From: Promethearchaeota archaeon
GTDB lineage: Archaea; Asgardarchaeota; Lokiarchaeia; Sigyniarchaeales; SOKP01
Direction: 5' to 3'
Assembly: GCA_048941285.1 (NCBI GenBank)
Contig: JBHLNS010000051.1
Location: forward strand, 1-20,695
Length of the DNA: 20,695 bases
In this document: positions 16,349 to 20,695 of the stretch, one piece after another
Position numbering within the stretch: position 1 is the stretch's first letter
Layout of the letters: each line of letters opens with the position of its first letter
Position numbers and translations under genes: made by a program
Notes under the pieces: model-generated
Told to the model about the DNA's origin: nothing
Seen by the model: only the letters and a program-made list of their open reading frames with translations
Databases searched by the model: none

Positions 16349-17014
16349 TTATTGAGATTTTTTAATATTTTTTTTATATAATTTAACCGATTTTTTAATC
16401 AATTCAAGGGTCTCTTTTGGAACATCTTTCTCGGGTATTTCAAGATCTTGTGTCATAAAATCCAAGCCGACTGTTAATTTGTAATCTTCTACAAAACTTT
16501 TATTTGTGAATGTTCTAATTAAGGAAGATTTTCCTACAGCTGCAGCACCAGTCAGTAATATTTTAAATCTAAACTGATTCGTATCTTTTACTTCTCCTAA
16601 TCTTGCTTTGAAATCTAATAATGCCGCTATCGTTAATCGATAAAATAAGTTTCGAATGTTCTTATTTTCTAATGCAGAGGTTTCTATATATTCAAATAAA
16701 TAATATTGATTGAGTTTTTGAATTATTTTTTCTCTAGGGATTGTTTCACCAATATCCTTGATAAGATCGTTTTTATTTCCAACTAAAAAGATCGGTATAT
16801 TTCCAGAACGCACTCTGATTTCATTAAAATATTGATCTATCTCATCAAAAGTATTGGGACGGGTTAAATCAAAAACTAAACCAACAGCTGCTAAACCTTT
16901 GAAGAAATCAGTTTTAAAAAAATTGAATCGTTCTTGGCCTCCAGTATCCCAAAGAGATAAAATTATGTTTAACATATTAAAATTTAATATTTTATTTGCC
17001 CTTATAATTCCCAA
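16349..17014 (-). CDS. Circularly permuted Rab-like small GTPase (G3-G4-G5-G1-G2)
   Basis: WDTGGQERF (G3) lies near the N-terminus, then GNKND (G4) and ETSAL (G5), followed by FKILLTGAAAVGKSSL (G1) and YKLTVGLDF (G2). The start is TTG 17014 or ATG 16975, with an in-frame stop just upstream. Confidence 0.85.
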   Translation of the reverse strand: MGIIRANKILNFNMLNIILSLWDTGGQERFNFFKTDFFKGLAAVGLVFDLTRPNTFDEIDQYFNEIRVRSGNIPIFLVGNKNDLIKDIGETIPREKIIQKLNQYYLFEYIETSALENKNIRNLFYRLTIAALLDFKARLGEVKDTNQFRFKILLTGAAAVGKSSLIRTFTNKSFVEDYKLTVGLDFMTQDLEIPEKDVPKETLELIKKSVKLYKKNIKKSQ

Positions 17015-17706
17015 GTGGCAATATATTCATCCAAAATTCTTTGTATATTGTTAAATCCCATAGTTCTATAGAATTCTTTAAGAGTTTTTTTATCAAGGTT
17101 CCACTGTGATCTTCGTTGATAAGTGTTAATACCGTCATTATCTAACAATAAAAAATCAACAATTTTGAATAAAGATTTCGGCAAAAATTTACCAAAAAAT
17201 ATTACTATTTTAAATAATTTATCACGAGCACAAACTTCTTCAGGCCTAATAACATATGGTTCACATAAAATAATCTTTTGAGAAATTTTTTTGGCAATAT
17301 TAATTAAATCGACATGTCTTGGATAAATATGATGCAAAATATCGCATATTACAATTACATCTTTTTTTTCTCCTTGATAATTTTGAAAATCAAAAATATT
17401 TTTCCTATGGATGATAATTTTTTTCAATCTTATATTTCTTTTTTTCAATTCTTTGGTTTTTATACGTTTCAAAAAACGATGATTTAAATCAACACCTTCA
17501 TACTCAATTGCCGGATGTAAAAAACGCATTAAATATCCAGTACCACATGGTAGATCTAAGATTCTTTTGGGTCCTTTACCGATAATAGATGCAATAGTAT
17601 GAAATTTTGTATCTTGATCATATAATCTACGAGTTACAGCGTTATAAAGCCAACCACTGCGATAGAGTAAACTTTTAAAACCAGAAAGCTTGTTTTTTCT
17701 AATCAT
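17002..17706 (-). CDS. Class I SAM-dependent methyltransferase
   Basis: Motif I ILDLPCGTG, then GVDLN, DVIVICDILHH and ILCEP. Confidence 0.88.
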   Translation of the reverse strand: MIRKNKLSGFKSLLYRSGWLYNAVTRRLYDQDTKFHTIASIIGKGPKRILDLPCGTGYLMRFLHPAIEYEGVDLNHRFLKRIKTKELKKRNIRLKKIIIHRKNIFDFQNYQGEKKDVIVICDILHHIYPRHVDLINIAKKISQKIILCEPYVIRPEEVCARDKLFKIVIFFGKFLPKSLFKIVDFLLLDNDGINTYQRRSQWNLDKKTLKEFYRTMGFNNIQRILDEYIATWEL

Positions 17707-17769
17707 CCTTAGTGGGAGTAAAATAGATTAAGATTTAAATTTATAACTAAAAAAAGAAGAGATTTAATT

Positions 17770-19812
17770 TTAAGGAGGCGAGAGCATATTCATTTTATTT
17801 TCAATATCCGCATTTAGCTCTTTGATTTTTTTATCTAAATTAATAAGTTCTTTATTAATTTCTTCGAACCTACTCTCTTGATCGTTTAATTTTTTTATGT
17901 ATCGTTCTTTTAACGAGACAGATTGGCTATCTTCTCCCAGCACTGTAATATTTTCTCTAAGTCTTACTTGTTCATCTGTCATTGAATCTCTTTCTTCATT
18001 TAGTTTATCTTCTTTAGACTTCAAATCATTTAAATTTTGAATTAAACCAGCAATTTCTTTTAATTTTGTCTCTAGTTCGGGGTCAATAAACTTCTTTCTT
18101 ACATAAAAACCAACTCTTTTTAGAAGATCTTCCTTACTATAATTCCAAAGATAATTACTTGAGTAATTTTCTTTTTGTTCTTTTAATTTAAACACTACCG
18201 CATCTTTCGCTTTTAAGGTTAATTTAAATCGCCAATAATTCGGTGTCTCCTCTGGTTTGACAGGTTTTTCTATAATCTTATAATCATAGGTTTTGGGATG
18301 ATCAAGGTATAATTCCTTTTCTTCATCTGTTTTATTGTTTATTTTATAAGTAGTCGTCATATTAGTATAATAGTATTCATAAGAATAACCGCTTCCAAAC
18401 GTAACTCTATGCACACTTAAATTCTCAGATTTTTGCTCATTGTTAATAATAACAGCTTGCTCTATTGCGTAGTTTAATAATCTTGTATCTTCTTTATTTA
18501 AGAAGGGAATAATAGCTTCACCAGCAAGATTATCATCATAAATAATTGTTACAGGCCCTCTTTCAAGTGTCAAATTAGTATTATTTGTAACTTCTAAACA
18601 TGCATTAGGATTTTTTTCTTGCTCATTTTTATTATAAAGCAAAACTTTCTTAGCTTTTATTGATTCTGTGAGAATGGGCACAAGAGCAGATTGTTTTCGT
18701 TTAATAGTCACAGGATTTGAAATATTATATTCAAAGAGTTCTCCTAAATCTTTTGTTTGAGTTTTAACTTGAGATTTTACTTTATCATAGATTTCTGTGT
18801 CTGACATAATACTTTGCATGCGCCCAAATCCACCAGCAGGAGCTGCCGGAGCCGGGATTCCAGATCTAAGAGCTTTAGCTTTTTTCATTGCTGCAGGTCT
18901 AGCTTCCATTTCTGCCATTGCATAATCCTTAAATTTTTCCATTTCTAATCCTTCTTCTATCTCCGTAGGTCTCGCACTTAAAACTTTTGGAGGTTGAATA
19001 ACAGGCCTTTGAATAAATATAGGTCTGTAGAATTCATAAACAAAAGAAACTGGCATACCCGCAACTAAGGACAATTCTATATCTTCCCAATCTTGATTAG
19101 TAGTGTTTTCAATAAGACTCCAACCAGATAATAGACATTTTTGCTCTAATGCTTGTTGTTTACTCATGATCAACCGATATGAAGTTTTCCAGATTGGACT
19201 CTCACGAATATAAGATACATAAATATTTCTTTCAGCAGTATCATCTCCACCAGATTCACAGTTTACTACAATCTTCTTTGCATCTTTTTTTTTTCCAGCG
19301 ATGACGGTATCTAAGAAAAATTTCAAATCTTTTTTAATTTCTTCATTTAATATTTCAAGAGATTTAATTTCTGAGAAGTTATATTTAGCTATCATTCCAT
19401 CTTCTTGTAATATAATTAATAATTTCTCGATGATTTTTTCATCTTTAATCAACTTCTCGAAATATTCAATCCCCATTATCTTTCCCGTAACTTTTTTAGC
19501 GCCACCAATTGTTATGCTTACACCAGCTCCTTTAATCTGAGTTATAAGAGAAGAAAAAGAATCTTGATCAGGTATATTTAACATTATAGATCTTAATAAT
19601 TGATTAGTTTCTAAAGCAGCGTCGTAAGATATAGATGAGATATATCCTTTCTCACTTGTATCTAAGACAAAAAGCGATTTTAATATATCATTCATTTCAT
19701 CTATTTTAAATTCAAGTTCAAATTTGCCCGTACCTTTTAAAATACCCTCAAGGATATAATAAGATACGCCATGTTTGAAAATTATTACTTTTTTAACTTT
19801 TAATTTCGACAT
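17770..19812 (-). CDS. DUF4139-like protein with a C-terminal coiled coil
   Basis: Motifs VIIFKHGVSY, MNDILKSL, PIWKTSYRL, IENTTNQDW..IELSLVAG.P, DLGELFEY and LERGPVT. The last ~100 aa are heptad-rich. Confidence 0.8.
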   Translation of the reverse strand: MSKLKVKKVIIFKHGVSYYILEGILKGTGKFELEFKIDEMNDILKSLFVLDTSEKGYISSISYDAALETNQLLRSIMLNIPDQDSFSSLITQIKGAGVSITIGGAKKVTGKIMGIEYFEKLIKDEKIIEKLLIILQEDGMIAKYNFSEIKSLEILNEEIKKDLKFFLDTVIAGKKKDAKKIVVNCESGGDDTAERNIYVSYIRESPIWKTSYRLIMSKQQALEQKCLLSGWSLIENTTNQDWEDIELSLVAGMPVSFVYEFYRPIFIQRPVIQPPKVLSARPTEIEEGLEMEKFKDYAMAEMEARPAAMKKAKALRSGIPAPAAPAGGFGRMQSIMSDTEIYDKVKSQVKTQTKDLGELFEYNISNPVTIKRKQSALVPILTESIKAKKVLLYNKNEQEKNPNACLEVTNNTNLTLERGPVTIIYDDNLAGEAIIPFLNKEDTRLLNYAIEQAVIINNEQKSENLSVHRVTFGSGYSYEYYYTNMTTTYKINNKTDEEKELYLDHPKTYDYKIIEKPVKPEETPNYWRFKLTLKAKDAVVFKLKEQKENYSSNYLWNYSKEDLLKRVGFYVRKKFIDPELETKLKEIAGLIQNLNDLKSKEDKLNEERDSMTDEQVRLRENITVLGEDSQSVSLKERYIKKLNDQESRFEEINKELINLDKKIKELNADIENKMNMLSPP

Positions 19813-19900
19813 AAAATTATTATGGCTTATTTATAATTTAAATTTTGATAATCCTCAAAATATCACTAAAAAAGAAGCCATAAGAAAAGATTTCTTTTAA

Positions 19901-20416
19901 TTATAAATTTCCTTTTAAAATTTTGTAGATATCTTCTTCTATTGTCGAATCATACTCTGGATTTTCTACAATAACACCCAAATATTCACCAGATTTGTTA
20001 AAGAAATAGAAAGTTGGTATTGCTTTTAAATCAAATCTTGGATCAGTTGCTTCAGGTGGAGAACGTTTTTCATGCCACTTTGTACCTCGTGTTTTGTGCA
20101 AAGCATTCGTCCTTATTCCATACAAAATTTTTAATTCAATATCCTCAGTTTTGACATCTTTAGCTATTTTTATCATATGAGGTACATTTCGAGAACAATC
20201 AGGACACCAATCGGCACCTAAAGCAATAATTCTTAATTTTTCTTCTTTAGATTTGAGTAAATTTTTAATTTTTTCTAGAATATCTGATTTTGGTTTATAG
20301 TTTTCATAAACTTTTTTAACCTTTTCCCCATAAGTTTCTAAAAATTCATTTGGGTTTAATGTTGGAGATATAATATCATCCCATTTGAGATTTTTTGTGA
20401 TTTTTTGTGTTGTCAT
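19901..20416 (-). CDS. Thioredoxin-fold protein (WCPDC)
   Basis: GADWCPDCSRNVP active site, cis-Pro motif AIPTFYF, and VENP. Confidence 0.9.
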   Translation of the reverse strand: MTTQKITKNLKWDDIISPTLNPNEFLETYGEKVKKVYENYKPKSDILEKIKNLLKSKEEKLRIIALGADWCPDCSRNVPHMIKIAKDVKTEDIELKILYGIRTNALHKTRGTKWHEKRSPPEATDPRFDLKAIPTFYFFNKSGEYLGVIVENPEYDSTIEEDIYKILKGNL

Positions 20417-20587
20417 AATTATTATTAGAATGGTTTTTTTTAAAAGATTTTTTTAATAAACTATAAAATTTTGATTATTAGGGACTAATGTGGCAAAATA
20501 ATTAAAGTATAAATACTTAACAAATTAAATTTTAACAATTAAAAAATACTGTTGTTCTTGAAATATAAAACCATTATAAACTAGAAA

Positions 20588-20695
20588 TTAATCCGTTTTC
20601 CTATTTTTAAGGATTAAGTTTGTTAAAAGGTTAAAAATTTTATGAACATTTTCTCCAGATTTGGAGCTGCATTCAATAAATCCATCAGCGCCTTT
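20588..20695 (-). CDS. C-terminal end of another small GTPase (partial; absent from the ORF track)
   Basis: The minus strand reads KGADGFIECSSKSGENVHKIFNLLTNLILKNRKTD*. This is a G5 motif plus the final helix, matching ISSKTGENV in the two intact GTPases. Confidence 0.8.
   Translation of the reverse strand, partial: KGADGFIECSSKSGENVHKIFNLLTNLILKNRKTD

Noticed and set aside
16854-19540. Short plus-strand ORFs 16854-17054 and 19301-19540
   Set aside because: Antisense to the permuted GTPase and DUF4139-like genes.

Overview
AT-rich archaeal DNA. The gene content points to an Asgard archaeon, most likely Lokiarchaeia (inferred): four Rab-like small GTPases, a longin/roadblock-type protein, aIF-1A, Spt5 and GGTGA-type ribosome binding sites. 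There are about 23 protein genes: a membrane-anchored C25 peptidase (5' truncated), two membrane proteins, a VOC enzyme, two cupins, a GTPase-PIN-GTPase cluster, an Fe-alcohol dehydrogenase, aIF-1A, Spt5 with an acidic tail, a longin-roadblock protein, three paralogous acyl-CoA dehydrogenases, a small Cys-containing coiled-coil protein, a SWIM-HD fusion, a circularly permuted GTPase, a methyltransferase, a DUF4139-like protein, a thioredoxin-like protein and a partial GTPase at the right edge. The standout is non-coding. At 2757-2877 a complete 5S rRNA is encoded in circularly permuted order, with the canonical 3' part first and the canonical 5' part second. It is enclosed by a perfect 14-bp inverted repeat and a bulge-helix-bulge/loop motif. 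The predicted splicing-endonuclease cuts, once ligated, rebuild 5S loop C and give a 121-nt circle. A second permutation occurs at protein level: 16349-17014 encodes a Rab-like GTPase with motif order G3-G4-G5-G1-G2. All calls come from reading the sequence by eye; no database searches were run.
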